Source of the DNA: Octopus bimaculoides
Taxonomy: Eukaryota
Assembly (NCBI RefSeq): GCF_001194135.2
Contig: NC_068983.1
Span: forward strand, 129,156,684 to 129,216,822
Direction: 5' to 3'
DNA: 60,139 nucleotides
Part shown: positions 12,911 to 25,594 of the stretch, piece after piece
Numbering within the stretch: position 1 is the first letter of the stretch
Layout of the letters: each line of letters opens with the position of its first letter
Made by a program: the position numbers and the translations under genes
The notes under the pieces: generated by a model
The model's database searches: none
What the model was told of the DNA's origin: nothing
The model's input: only the letters and a program-made list of their open reading frames with translations

Positions 12911-12928
12911 ATAGATGGATAGATAGAT
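12813..12928. repeat. Inverted (CTAT)n / (ATAG)n tetranucleotide pair around a (TA)n core
   Basis: Direct reading; the two arrays are reverse complements. Confidence 0.95.
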
Positions 12929-14589
12929 AAACCTGGGGTATTAAATGTAATATGGGTAGGTAAATGATGCATAATCCTCTATGTGTACAGTGCTCATTAG
13001 TAAGTATATTTTTCTGTAAGTTCTGTATCAAGAGCTGTTGAATAACATAATATTTCGTTTGTACTTCAGAACTATGAATAACATTACTTAGATAGTTACA
13101 AATGAAAAAAACCCCATCTATTTAATATAATTATTTCGCCATCGTTATTATTGATGTTTAGGCTCGTGTAATCACTAACTGGGATGGTAAGTGAAGAAAA
13201 AAATATAAAAATGTTGTCTAGATTAATATGCTCTACAATCTCTGAGATTTGAGTTCGCAGAGAATTACTTGTTCTATCTAACAATTCCAGGACAGCAATG
13301 AGTCGTTTTGAAAGTTTTTTATTGAATTAACGATAGATACATAAGGTTTGTATAGAACATAACTGTTTCCGTTCTTTTACTTATAATCAAACTTTTATAT
13401 TCATATTTATGTAATGTATTCAAATTGCGAAGGAGGGAATTGTGAGTAACGCAAGTATATTAACCCTCAGTGTTGCTACGAAAGTACGGTGCTGTAATGT
13501 GGTATAGATATGGTTCCCTGAATATGGAGACGGGATGTTTATTTATCCTATACACTCTAGGAAAGTACTAAATACTTCGTATCATTCAAATAGGGTTTTC
13601 ATCTGTAAAGAAATAAAAATGAATTCATACAGAGAGCTCTTATAGAAGTAATTTCCAATTTTAACTGTCGCAATTTCCGATAATAAACATCTGGAATTCA
13701 CTAAAAATATACGATCTTATGTCTTCCAGCATAAACATCACAATAATTGATTTGAATATTTTAGTTGTATGAATAATAGGAGCCACTAAATATAAACGCT
13801 AACGGTCACTTCCTTAAGTAATGTATCAATATGTGAATAGAAATTCATTCGTAAATTGACATTATATTACAGCAGTTTGGTTTGAATTAACCCATTTGTA
13901 AATAGGGGCCCCATCCAAACAAAGCAATCTTTGATTATAGAATGCTAGTGTTTCATTTAAATTTGAATATAATGTTAGTCTATTACATTTTCATGAATGC
14001 AAAATAATTTATTTACTCGCTCTGGATATGATTTCCCTGATTTAACTTTCATTAATTTTGAAACGGAAAATAAAATTTATTATCAGTGAAGCACAGATAA
14101 GACATAACATTAATGCCCTCAATTAGAGGCAAAATTGATATTTGGGCGAACTTTTCCTACGATCTAATTTATGGCATAAAATAATATACATTCTTATATA
14201 ATTTAGTGACCTTGAATTTTGTTTTCATTCCCCTTATTTATACCCTTTCTTTTCCTTAATAACTTAGAGTCTTGAGAAATGGAGAACAGATCGTAACTTC
14301 CAGCTCCTAGGACACACAAATGTATCCCAAACGCATCGATGATTTTAGAGTTAGTTGTTAGTTTTGATATATTTATGTGACTTGTTGATTTTGGGGTTCC
14401 ATATTTCTTGTCTTCTTTTACTCTTTCACCGCCTTCGCAGTTCCTTTGAGAAGTCACTTCTTAACTAGATGTTACTGCCACATGTTTAGAAGTTAAGGTA
14501 TCTGCAATAATGCATAAGTTTTAACAAGTTTCTATCAGCTCCCGCATTGCGGCACAGGAATAGATGAGTTTATATTATTAGGCACTCAT

Positions 14590-14885
14590 CAGGACGTGCA
14601 GGAAATAGCTCGCCCGATATTTTGTCACTCTGTGTCTGAAGTTACTCATTACAGGTTCGTGATGTGCTAGAGAATTGCCGATGAGCAAAGAATCAGAGCT
14701 ACTACTGACGTTCCATGCAGTGATTTCAATTTCTCCTTGGTCTCTCTACTGCAGCAGCAATATGTGAGCAAGCGTTTTGCGTATGATTTTGACCTGATTT
14801 TGATTTCACGTCTTGTAGAATAACCACTCACTTTCATAAGCACTATCTTCGTCTCGGCAGCAGAGATTATATAACGTCTCATCTA
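14590..14885 (-). mobile_element. Possible RTE-type LINE post-RT remnant, very degenerate
   Basis: Minus ISAAETKIVLMKVSGYSTRREIKIRS resembles the AAEMKFLRxxxGYTRxDxIRN motif. Confidence 0.4.
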
Positions 14886-15468
14886 CGTTTTATTTATAAC
14901 TAAATTTAAAGGTATACAGAAATATCTTCCGACTTTCACGAAACTGAGTTACAGCATATTCATGTCTGCTTTCTATAAATTCGTCAAAGTCACACACATT
15001 TGTGATTATTTTCTTTCAACTTTATTTCGTTGATTGGAGTTGGTAAATGTCTGAAACGTCATTTTGGTTTGTAATGCAAACACTTATTTTGTCGTTACTA
15101 CTTTGATTAAGGCCGTGCAAGTTTGCAGTTTGTTGCAATTATTAATTTTATGTCATGAGTATCTGTGTTTCCGCAGGGAAAACTCACTTGTTTTATTGTC
15201 ATATTTTCAGTTTATCTCATTTGTCAATTCATTTTCCTCTATTCCAAAACTTCTTTTGCTTTTCAAGTGGGCCGTAGTCAATTGTATTTACGTTGTGCTG
15301 TTCATCATCGGTTGCATCTTGTGAAAGAAGGAATATTGAATAAAATATGAGCATCAGAATGTAGTTTCAGAAACAGTAATATACGGTCTAAAAGGAAAAG
15401 CGTTGGTGTACCTCAGATACTGAAACAAGCGACCACGCATTTAATTAGTACATACAAACGCACAAAAG

Positions 15469-15469
<1 letters not shown>

Positions 15470-15528
<59 letters not shown>

Positions 15529-15560
15529 ACAGGAGCGCGCGCACACACACCCACAGACAC
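15470..15560 (+). repeat. (CA)n microsatellite
   Basis: Direct reading. Confidence 0.95.
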
Positions 15561-17471
15561 ATCATAATACAAGTCAGTCGAAAATAATTGCTTAACCATA
15601 AATTTTCGCCTATTTTCGACAGGGCTAAATGAAAATTGATAATAACAATAATCAGTTCGTAAGCCAAACTTTCTAGGCGATACACGAAAAATAAGGATCC
15701 ATCTTTGTATGACATTATGACACATGACAAAAACTGAAATATCTACATAGCAGATGACTCCAGATTGCGCGTATCAAAATAAATGGCCGTGAACCAGTCC
15801 CATCAGTATTGCTAGTGAACTGTTAAAACGTACCTTCACCATTTTTTTCTTAATCATTGCCCAAAGGAAACAAGTCAATTACTTTTTGTCTATATCGCAA
15901 TACTTCATCCATATATCTTCATGACCAAACGATAATTGAAAACCCTGATGTATGAAACTCCAATTCACAGAGTTAACCCCTATGCGTATCAGCGGCCGAC
16001 GATCTTTCTCTTCAAACTTTATATCTGAAAACTTGTAAAGGGATCGGATGACCCTTCTTACAGATCACAGCATAGACTAACAAACAATATTACGTAGTAA
16101 GTAAATTTAACCGGTGTTATAAAATGGAAAAAAGAAAAACAGAAAAAAACCCAGAATATTTTCAACCGTGTATATTTTGTGTAGAGGGTTTCAGTATTCC
16201 ATCTATATGCCGAAAACACAAAATGGCTGTTTCTTTAAATTAACACCATGAAATCGGCTTTGATGGTTTTTGCTTTAAATATATGGTAAGCAATACAGGA
16301 TTAATATTTCTATGTTAACGAAAAATATGATTCATTTCGCGATTTTTTTTTCCTTTTGCTTTATGAATGTTTCTTTTTTTTGCTTGTGAAAAATTGCTTT
16401 AAATTGTATACTTAAATGAAATATTTTGCTGATTAAACATGAAAAAATTATTTTGTATTTGGTGCAAATAGTGTGTCGCGTAATTAATATGATTTATTAG
16501 CAGAGTGAACATAACATCAACAAAAAGAAAAGAAGAACAAAAGAATAAATAACGCATATTAGCCAAAAGCAAGCGTATATACCCTCATCTCGGTTGACAG
16601 AGAAACGTGAAATTAAAAAAAAAACAGGCTACACCTTTAATGAGATATTCTCTTCATGTAAGGAATCTATTGCATTCTAGGAAACGATAGCAAACGTCTG
16701 TGCCACCATTACGGCACAAACGAGTTCTTTTCATTTTGATAGGACTAAATAGCCTTCACCTAGTCACCTCACCATACATGTTGCAAAAGAGAGGATTCAA
16801 ATCAAAAGAGCTAGTTTATGGACTGGTACAGAAGTTCAAAGGAGAAAGCTGAAATTTACTTTGCCTTCTGTTTCTCGTTCGCTAATATTTGGTCAAAAAT
16901 GTCCATGGAACCTTGAATTATCTTCCCACGCGCATGTACACTCAACCAATCGGAAACACATTTTCTCGTTTTATTTTCACATATATACAATATTTATATA
17001 TCTAGGTATAAAAATATTTAGATCACTATGATGCCACACATACATTGCGTCAGAAATCTCTTCATCGATAAGTGATTCATTAATCAACTGAAGTAATATG
17101 ATATGAAAGGTGTTTGTGGTTTTCTGAAGTGACATGTGGTAGGTTGTTGCGAAAAATACGTAACACCTTCATACATACATACATACATACATATATACAC
17201 ACACATACATGCATAAATACATACATACATAAATACATACGCATATGCATAAATATAACATATATGAATATACACATATATATATACATATACATATATA
17301 TATNNNNNNNNNNNNNNNNNNNNNNNNNNNNNNNNNNNNNNNNNNNNNNNNNNNNNNNNNNNNNNNNNNNNNNNNNNNNNNNNNNNNNNNNNNNNNNNNN
17401 NNNNNNNNNNNNNNNNNNNNNNNNNNNNNNNNNNNNNNNNNNNNNNNNNNNNNNNNNNNNNNNNNNNNNNT

Positions 17472-17502
<31 letters not shown>

Positions 17503-18807
17503 CAAAAATATACGTTCAAGTGCGTCTGTGTGAGAGAGGGATGGAATGGAAAAAACGGTGAGAGAACACAGAGAAGTGGGAGAGAATGAATACTCGTTTA
17601 GTCATCCTCCAAAATGCCTATAACACTGACCTGTAAATAAGTTGGTAGCATAAATTTGTTTGATGATTGAAAACATAAAACATAAACATAAAAAAAAAAA
17701 TCCCTTCAAAGATTTCCCTACTCTCAACTAATGTTCGAACCTTAGCGATAAGAAAAGTAATAGTGGCCGTCCAATAAATTTTTAGACTCCATTCAAAAAT
17801 CAATACCGATTGTCTTTCAGATTTCTTTATGTAACAAAAATATGGCTTGAAATTTCTTTTTTTTATTACTATGATGATGGCTAAACAATCTAAAGTACAA
17901 GAAATCAATGACTTTCACATAATGTAATGAAAACAAGATTTATTTGTCAATTGCATTCATGTAAATTATGAATTCAGTTATACAATACAGATTTACGCTA
18001 GACAAATTATTGCACTAATTTCTCCACGATAGATTGTTTGTGCAGATAATATTTCTGATTAAAACAATGTAGATATAACTAGGTGAAAGTGCAATGTTTT
18101 GAATTTTTCAAAGAGTAACTGAAGCCTTTTAATTTACTGATCCTCTATATAGGTCGTTTGTCTTTAATTATCAGTACCTAGAATTAGAGCAAAGAAGTGA
18201 AATAGATCGGTCATTTCAAGCAGATGTGTGCAAAGATTTATTAGTTCATTTGTATTGTATAAACAGTAATTCTAGAGATGCTCTTCACATTACCGCAATG
18301 TGTGACGTAAGCCCGCTCAGAAATGGATCGCCATTATTTATATGCAATATATCATTCCTTCTTACGTAATTGTTCACACGTATGATATATTTATAATTTA
18401 TTCATACATAATCTGTATCTAGTGATATAAATAATTCAAATTTTAGTATTTTAGAAATCGAGATTTTAAGGAAGCACTACACTATACTAAGAGAATAATT
18501 AAACAAGATATATACTGATTACTTCTTATGGGATGCTCAAAAATATCATTTATCAATTTCGATGTGTGCAATGAAAAAAAAAAATTCACAAAAATATGAG
18601 GATGTCAAGAAAACTTTTCGTGGAAAAATCCATTCTAGATGAGGGATGAGAGATGACATTTTAGAAACATTTGTATTTTCTTCAGTTCGGTTCTGTGCAA
18701 AGTTACTCCTGATGAGTTTATAGAAAATAAAAATAGTTTTAAGTTTAATTGAGGCCATAAGAAACTATTTGGTGATATTGTAAGTCAATGCTTATTGTTT
18801 TGTCATC

Positions 18808-18935
18808 TCTTCTTCTTCTTCTTCTTCTTCTTCTTCTTCTTCTTCTTCTTCTTCTTCTTCTTCTTCTTCTTCAAGAGAGAGAGAGAGAGTGAGAGAGAAG
18901 GTGAGAGAGAAAGAGAGAGTGAGGGAGAGAAATGT
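18808..18935 (+). repeat. (TTC)n followed by (GA)n tract
   Basis: Direct reading; explains the poly-E ORF. Confidence 0.95.
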
Positions 18936-19424
18936 CAGTAAGAGAGACAGTGAGTGGTAACAGCGTTCATCGCAAGAGAAGCAGATACATAGATACAAAT
19001 ACACATTGTTAAATCAAAAACGGGAAAGAATAGAGACATCAAGGAAGTGAAAGAGAAAGGGACAGTGAGAACGGCAGTAGATACTTAAATCAGAAGATAC
19101 TAAAACCCTGCAAATATCGGATGTCAATTTCACTTTTGAAAAAAACTAAGACAAATCCGGCCAGTAGCAAAGCAAAAAGTAGGAACAGAGAGAGAGAGAG
19201 AGAGAGTGAGAGAGTGAGAGAGAGAGTATGAGAGAAAAAGAGAGACAGTGTGGCTCTCTCTCTATAGGTATGTGTTTGTATATGTGATTGTGCACTGGAT
19301 CTCTTTCAGCATACCAGCAAACCAAAAAATCACACCAGCCAACATCCACACTACCTTCAAGCCCGTCATATATGTAAGTATGTATGTATGCATATATGGA
19401 TGTATGTATGTATGTATGTATATG

Positions 19425-19625
19425 TGTTTGTGTCTGTGTTTGTCCCACGACCACAATGGTTCACACCAATATTGGTGCGTTTGCATCTCTGTAATTTAGC
19501 TTTTCTGCAGAAGAGACTGATAGAATAAGCACCATGCTTACAGGGAATAGAGGGAATATTCGACTAAAGGGTGGTGCTCTAAAATGGCCACGGACAAATA
19601 ACTGAAACATGTAAAAGAATAAATG
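19425..19625 (+). mobile_element. SINE 3' half (family of 29279-29672), degenerate
   Basis: agagactgatagaataagc ... ggtggtgctct..aatggcc ... actgaaacatgtaaaagaata matches the tail of the 29279 copy. Confidence 0.8.
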
Positions 19626-19628
19626 ATT

Positions 19629-19795
19629 ACTAGAACGTTCCGTACCGCTAAACCAAGAAGATTGTTTGAATATGTATGATGTATTCTAAGGTTAATTAGT
19701 AATTCGTTTACGTTTGTGTAACTGAGATACTTTATTTGGATTATATAGTCATTGATGTTACATTGCATTCTATATTCTGTAACAGTTACAATATA
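19629..19795. repeat. About 170-bp dispersed repeat, copy 1 (copy 2 at 48783-48953)
   Basis: Collinear: actagaa..gttccgta..ctaaaccaagaag..tttgaatatgta..gtttacgtttg..aactgagata..ttctatattctgtaa..acaatata. Confidence 0.9.
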
Positions 19796-19799
19796 CTTT

Positions 19800-19945
19800 T
19801 CTAGGCCTGAAATTTTTGTGGGAAGGGGGCAGGTCATTAGATCGACACCAGTACACAACTGGTTCTTAATTTATCGACCCGGAAAGGACAAAAAGCAAAG
19901 TGCACCTCGGCAGAATTTGAACTCAGAAAGTAAAGATAGACGGTC
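19800..19945 (-). mobile_element. tRNA-derived SINE, 5'-truncated
   Basis: ttaatttatcgacccggaaaggac...acctcggcagaatttgaactcagaa. Confidence 0.9.
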
Positions 19946-20037
19946 ATAAGATGCGAACGTTTCTCATGGCACCAGTACACTGCTTACAGATGCTTACATG
20001 TTTTATGTTTTCTGGAAATTTGTCACAGGTCCAGCTA

Positions 20038-20378
20038 TTTATTATTATTATTATTATTATTATTGTTCAGTAGTTTTATTTTTATAACGTGCTTTCACTT
20101 CACTACCGAGTGCAGCTCTGTGCACCTTGGGTATGTGCTGTGGTTTGCTGTGGTGCTCTTATGTTTACTGTATTGAAAGTGTTTTGCGTAGAATGTGTGC
20201 AGTACCCAGTAGTGCATGTGTTGTTGCGTTTTCGTTTTTTGGGTAGAGCACTCCTGTGAAATAGGCGTGTAAGATCGAAATGTGTTCCTCACGTGTCCAT
20301 TTATGCCGTTTTGGTTTTGTTTGCGGGACATGAGGAACAACGTCCGGCCCTTTATTTTGACGGTCATCGTTTACGTAG
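20038..20378 (-). mobile_element. Internally deleted R4/Dong-like element (5' ORF region fused to 3' end), runs into gap
   Basis: 20065-20216 aligns to the 3' end at 498-608; minus frame is open: ...PKRHKWTREEHISILHAYFTGVLYPKNENATTH-ALLGTAHILRKTLSIQ*; (TTA)n tail. Confidence 0.85.
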
Positions 20379-20891
20379 GNNNNNNNNNNNNNNNNNNNNN
20401 NNNNNNNNNNNNNNNNNNNNNNNNNNNNNNNNNNNNNNNNNNNNNNNNNNNNNNNNNNNNNNNNNNNNNNNNNNNNNNNNNNNNNNNNNNNNNNNNNNNN
20501 NNNNNNNNNNNNNNNNNNNNNNNNNNNNNNNNNNNNNNNNNNNNNNNNNNNNNNNNNNNNNNNNNNNNNNNNNNNNNNNNNNNNNNNNNNNNNNNNNNNN
20601 NNNNNNNNNNNNNNNNNNNNNNNNNNNNNNNNNNNNNNNNNNNNNNNNNNNNNNNNNNNNNNNNNNNNNNNNNNNNNNNNNNNNNNNNNNNNNNNNNNNN
20701 NNNNNNNNNNNNNNNNNNNNNNNNNNNNNNNNNNNNNNNNNNNNNNNNNNNNNNNNNNNNNNNNNNNNNNNNNNNNNNNNNNNNNNNNNNNNNNNNNNNN
20801 NNNNNNNNNNNNNNNNNNNNNNNNNNNNNNNNNNNNNNNNNNNNNNNNNNNNNNNNNNNNNNNNNNNNNNNNNNNNNNNNNNNNNNNNNNN

Positions 20892-20979
20892 NTATTATTA
20901 TTATTATTATTATTATCATTATTATTATTATTATTATCATCATCATCATCATCATCATCATTATTATTATTATTATGTA

Positions 20980-21054
<75 letters not shown>

Positions 21055-21056
21055 AG
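20892..21056 (+). repeat. Compound (TTA)n-(CAT)n-(TTA)n-(GTA)n microsatellite
   Basis: Direct reading. Confidence 0.97.
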
Positions 21057-21074
21057 AGTATAATTGTTTTAGAT

Positions 21075-21285
21075 TGAATGGGAGATCAACGCAAGCCATC
21101 AAATTAATACTGGCTTACAAATGTATGAAGCCGAATATACCCATCACGATTACACATCTCACACGTGTGCACCATGTACATGTATCTTAAGCAGATGTGC
21201 CTTATATGGTGATCTTATAGCAAGATATGTGCCTTATATGTTGATCTTATATCATGACCATGTAGATGGGGCCCTGTTAGAATCG
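21075..21285 (-). mobile_element. Degenerate third copy of the 1556-2102 repeat
   Basis: gccatcaaa..a.actgg..tacaaa..tatgaagcc..atatacccatca ... atggtgatct.ata.caagata ... ggggccc..ttagaat; contains a local about 33-bp duplication. Confidence 0.7.
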
Positions 21286-23084
21286 TCATTACTATGGAAG
21301 GAGGAAGGAAATTATGTCTTGAAATGGACTGTAAAAGACAGAATATCGCACGCTGATTACCTCAGCTCCGGTGCGTCATGACTACAAGGATTGGTTTAGA
21401 AAATTAGGTAAGCGGGTGTTCACGGTGTCATGAAAGAGAATTTGCGGTTTGCACTGATAGGGGTAATTAGAGTAGAATCTATTAGGTTTGTAAGCCATGA
21501 GAGATGAAGAGAAATATATATAGAGAGGGAAACATAGAAACTTGGTAGAGGCTCTTAGGAACGGCATAGCAACCGACGTCGTAGTGACGAGATTGACACT
21601 GAACAAATCATTCTACTCTAAGCACGAAAGATTCATTGTCAAATCTAAGGCACATTCTCTAACAAGCAAGGGGACGAAAACCGCTTGTTGATCCTGAGTG
21701 GCAGAAGTGCAACGTCGAAAGAAAGCTGCTCTTTTTGGTGGACCAATATGGGAGCACGGAACTTGAGCCCGATTATACGTCAGTGTCATTTCCAGATCCT
21801 CCAACTTCGAGGAATGACACTTCAGAACACAGGAAAGATTTCAGTGTTCAGTTCGACAGGCTCCCACGATCCTCGGAAAGGCTGTAAAGAGTTGTAGAAC
21901 ACTGACAACAGATGCATTAATACGGGATGCGATAACAGACTACGTGGCGGGGGGATCTAAGAATTTTACATATATATGCTAAACATCTTTGGCGTTATCT
22001 TACCAGTATAACGACTCTTAATGTCTGGTTGTCACCAACTACAGCTGCCTACTGTTGAAGGTATATATGCAGCTTTAAACATTAGGTTTGGATGCGTTTT
22101 GACAGGTTACAGGTTAAGATCGTTTATATAGATTTGAGTATCCATTTATATACATATAACGTATAGACATATAGGGAAACGTCGCTATGTCTTAGTGATG
22201 TATGCAGAATGCATATATGTAATATACACTCTTAGTCACGTTGAACATGTATGTTGAAGAAAAGTGACATTTAACTAGCACGGTTATATAACAGTTTAAA
22301 GAGGATAAAGAAGTGTTCTGCATAGCAAGATGAAAATATCTGTGGAAGTAAATTTAAGTAGTGATATTTTTTCTGAAAATGTTATTTAGTTTCATCATAC
22401 TAGATTGTCTGTATTTTATCGTGTTGACAAGTTTTCAGTATACCTCCATAGGAATGAACGCAAATTAATCTTAATCGAATTCATTTTTTTCTTATTAAAA
22501 TACAAAAGTGAAGAACGGACTGGGTTTAACACCAATCGTTTACTTACAGAATGTAGTAAAAATAATAACAGTGAATTCATCACGACATGATCATGATGGA
22601 AAAATTGTAGTATATATATTATGTGAAGTGAATATGTTAAAAAGGCAGATGTCACGAGAATGATGACAGGATAAATTTACGTAGCTAGTTCTATAACCTA
22701 CACTAACAGTTAGAGAATAGCTTGACGTAAGGTCATGAAGACTGAACAGTGCGAAATAGCAATGTAGAAATGCTCGACAAGGTCGCCTGTGACAACCGCG
22801 TATCAATAAGTAGATTCTCAAAAGTCTGAGTTTAGATAATTGCTGTAAACCTAGACGCCTCTCTCCATTAAAAAGAAAGTCTTCATGGAGACTAGAATCG
22901 GTGTATGAACAGTAAAATTGACCAATGAAAAATCGTAAGAGATTTATAAACAAAAGACAGCCGACACGACTATTACGTCCTGCTACTGCTGCTATGCTAA
23001 TGTCTATCACTGCTACACCAGATATCTACTGCAACTGACTGCAGAGATGTGAGGAATTAGATTAGCTGTTGTCGTCGAGGGGGT

Positions 23085-23760
23085 GACTGATGGAGTGCAA
23101 ACACGCACCATCCAACGACAGTCTCAATCTCTTGTGATACATTATAGACAACGTAGATAAAGCAGCTGGCATGAATGTGGCTCTGATCAATTTCAAGGCT
23201 TTGATAGTGCCAACTACAAAGAGTTTGAAATCCTTCTCGCAGAGGAGTGGTTGCGCTCCCGTTTGCCGGAACTGGATTGCTGCAAGGTACAGCGCTATGC
23301 TATGGATAATCTGGGTGAATGGTTACATATCATAGCATTCGAAAATCATACGCTCGGTCCGGCGAGTGTATCGTCTCTTGTTTATTTTCTCTGTTACCAC
23401 TCTAGGGCCTTTTCTGAAGAAACTGGAGGCGTTGAGACGCATTCTCTTCTAGAACTAGGGCAAGGGCAATTTTGCCATACGCAGACGTTGTCATATTCAC
23501 AATACTGAACGGCAGGCACGCTGTCTAGTCCGGCACTTCTCTGAAAAGTACGATGCGGTTGCAGGGGTAAAAATGAATCATTCAATATGTGTGGATCTCC
23601 AGTACGGCACTTAAAGAATCGGGACATTTCATCCAATAACGTCGTGGAACACTGTATGCAGGGGCCTCTAAAATTGCTTGGGTTCTGGCTTGGACCGGAT
23701 ATCAAGGTGGAGAAGTACTGAGATGAGATGATGAGGTTTGTGACCAGTCTCAGAGTTAAA
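23085..23760 (+). mobile_element. Tx1/L1-clade LINE reverse transcriptase remnant
   Basis: Frameshifted RT motifs: IDNVDKAAGMNVALIN, RSVR...TLGPFLKKLEALR, ILPYADVV (YADD), GPLKLLGFWLGPDIKVEKY*DEM. Confidence 0.8.
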
Positions 23761-24184
23761 AAAAAAGTCTAGGGAAAAATGTCCGTAAAATGTTGGACAC
23801 ATGTGCCTTACCCTAATTTATGTCTGACCAAAAAGGAGCACGTACACTTTCAATTTCTGTTGTGTGTATATTTATTTATTTTTGTAATTTAATTGATTAT
23901 TTAGTATTTCATTATGTGTAGACACCCGTTTTGCTTCCCTTATCTTTCACCCTTGTGTTGCATTGGAAGATGCCTCTCCTAATTTCTACCGTCCCTAAAC
24001 GTCTTCCATATGCTGTCAGATACGTCCTCCAATTCGTCATACTTTTCCCAAGCAATCTTTCAACATTCGAAGAAATACCAAATATTTTCATGCACTCCAT
24101 AATCCAAGAATGTGAGATTATGTCGTATGCTTTACGATAGTCGATATGGCTAAGTTATTTTTCCTCCTCTTACAGTTTCTGAGC

Positions 24185-24520
24185 ACAGTTTTGTCTATCA
24201 GGAGTTGATCCTTGGTGCCACTGCACTTACGATTGCAACCCTTCTGCTCATATGGTAGGACTCCATTTTTTCCAGATGTTCGAACATTGACTCTGCGAGC
24301 ATTCCAGTCAATAACTTCAACATAAGGGACAAACAGGATATTAGCCTGTAATTGTCTACCGTATTGCCTTTTTCGGTGTTTTCAGGCACAGCAACGTCTT
24401 ACCCAATGTCAAACACTCTGCTGTCACTTGGTCGGCATTGAGTTGCGTAGCTATTCGTGCATCAGGTACCGGGGCCTTCCAGTTGCACATTTTTGTTCTG
24501 ATTTCTAAAAATATCTTCAT
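24185..24520 (-). mobile_element. R4/Dong-like LINE RT N-terminal remnant
   Basis: [27 protein letters not shown]; [36 protein letters not shown]. Confidence 0.85.
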
Positions 24521-25015
24521 AATTGGAATCAGCAAATTCTTCTCCGGTTGCACACAATATATATTTTACAGGAATATAAAACATGATGAATCAATTTATG
24601 TATAGTGCAGCTTTATGTCTATTAAACATATACATAATTTTCTCATTTTTCACATTTGTAACAGTTGCAACTTTCATGTTCTTCTTCTTATTATTATTAG
24701 TAGTAGTAGTAGAAGTAGTAGCAGTGGTAGCAGTAGCAGCGGCATCAGTAGTGGTGGTGTAGCAGCAGCAGCAGCACGGAAGTTTATTCCTTAAACGTTC
24801 AAATACTCCAATAACCAATATTTGAATTATATTTCTAAAAATGTCTTTATATTCATAATTAGAATCAGCAAAATCTTCTCCAGTTGCACCCAATATATTT
24901 TACAGTAATATAAAACATGATGAATCAATTTATGTAGAGTGCAGCTTTAAGTCTATTAAATATATACATAACTTCCTCATTTTTCATATTTGTAACAGTT
25001 GCAAATTTCCTGTTA
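24502..25015 (+). repeat. About 180-bp direct repeat (24502-24680, 24832-25015) bracketing a (TAG/CAG)n tract
   Basis: Near-identical blocks tttctaaaaat..aatcagcaaa..aatataaaacatgatgaatcaatttatgta..tttgtaacagttgcaa. Confidence 0.92.
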
Positions 25016-25594
25016 TAAAATTTTACGCTGATTGGGCGGATGGGTAATGGAAATTTTTAATATAATGACAGATTTTTTTTTTTTGTCCTGCAATTTACAC
25101 CCGCATTCGAATTGACAGCGGTTCTACATAGACGGTTATTATGTTCTTTGATGTGTTATACAGACTCCTGCGTTCTAAACACAAAAAATACTTGGGGCAT
25201 CTTTATCCTTAAACACTTTAAGAGATGACAAGGAAGTTATCCAGATTTTCAACAGGATGCCATTCTGTATTCATGCTGGATCCGTATTATGTTCAAATCA
25301 GTAAAATTCTAGTTGCAGAAAACGAGTGTGAAAGAAAATTAGACTTTCATATTTCCTTAATCATTAGTAGAAAAACCTCTATTATTTGAATTAGAAAGGC
25401 TGAACACAGAAGAATAAATGCCAGGGTGACATGGTTCCTTCGATACTGGCTTTTTGGTTCACTGACAAACTTTGCTTCAACCCGTAAATTTTTTTATATT
25501 CCGTAAAAGTTTCTTCTTCACTTTCTGCCCGTCGTATTAAGGAATATAATTTCATTCTTTACTATATTCTATACCCGTGTATTTCTGTATACTC

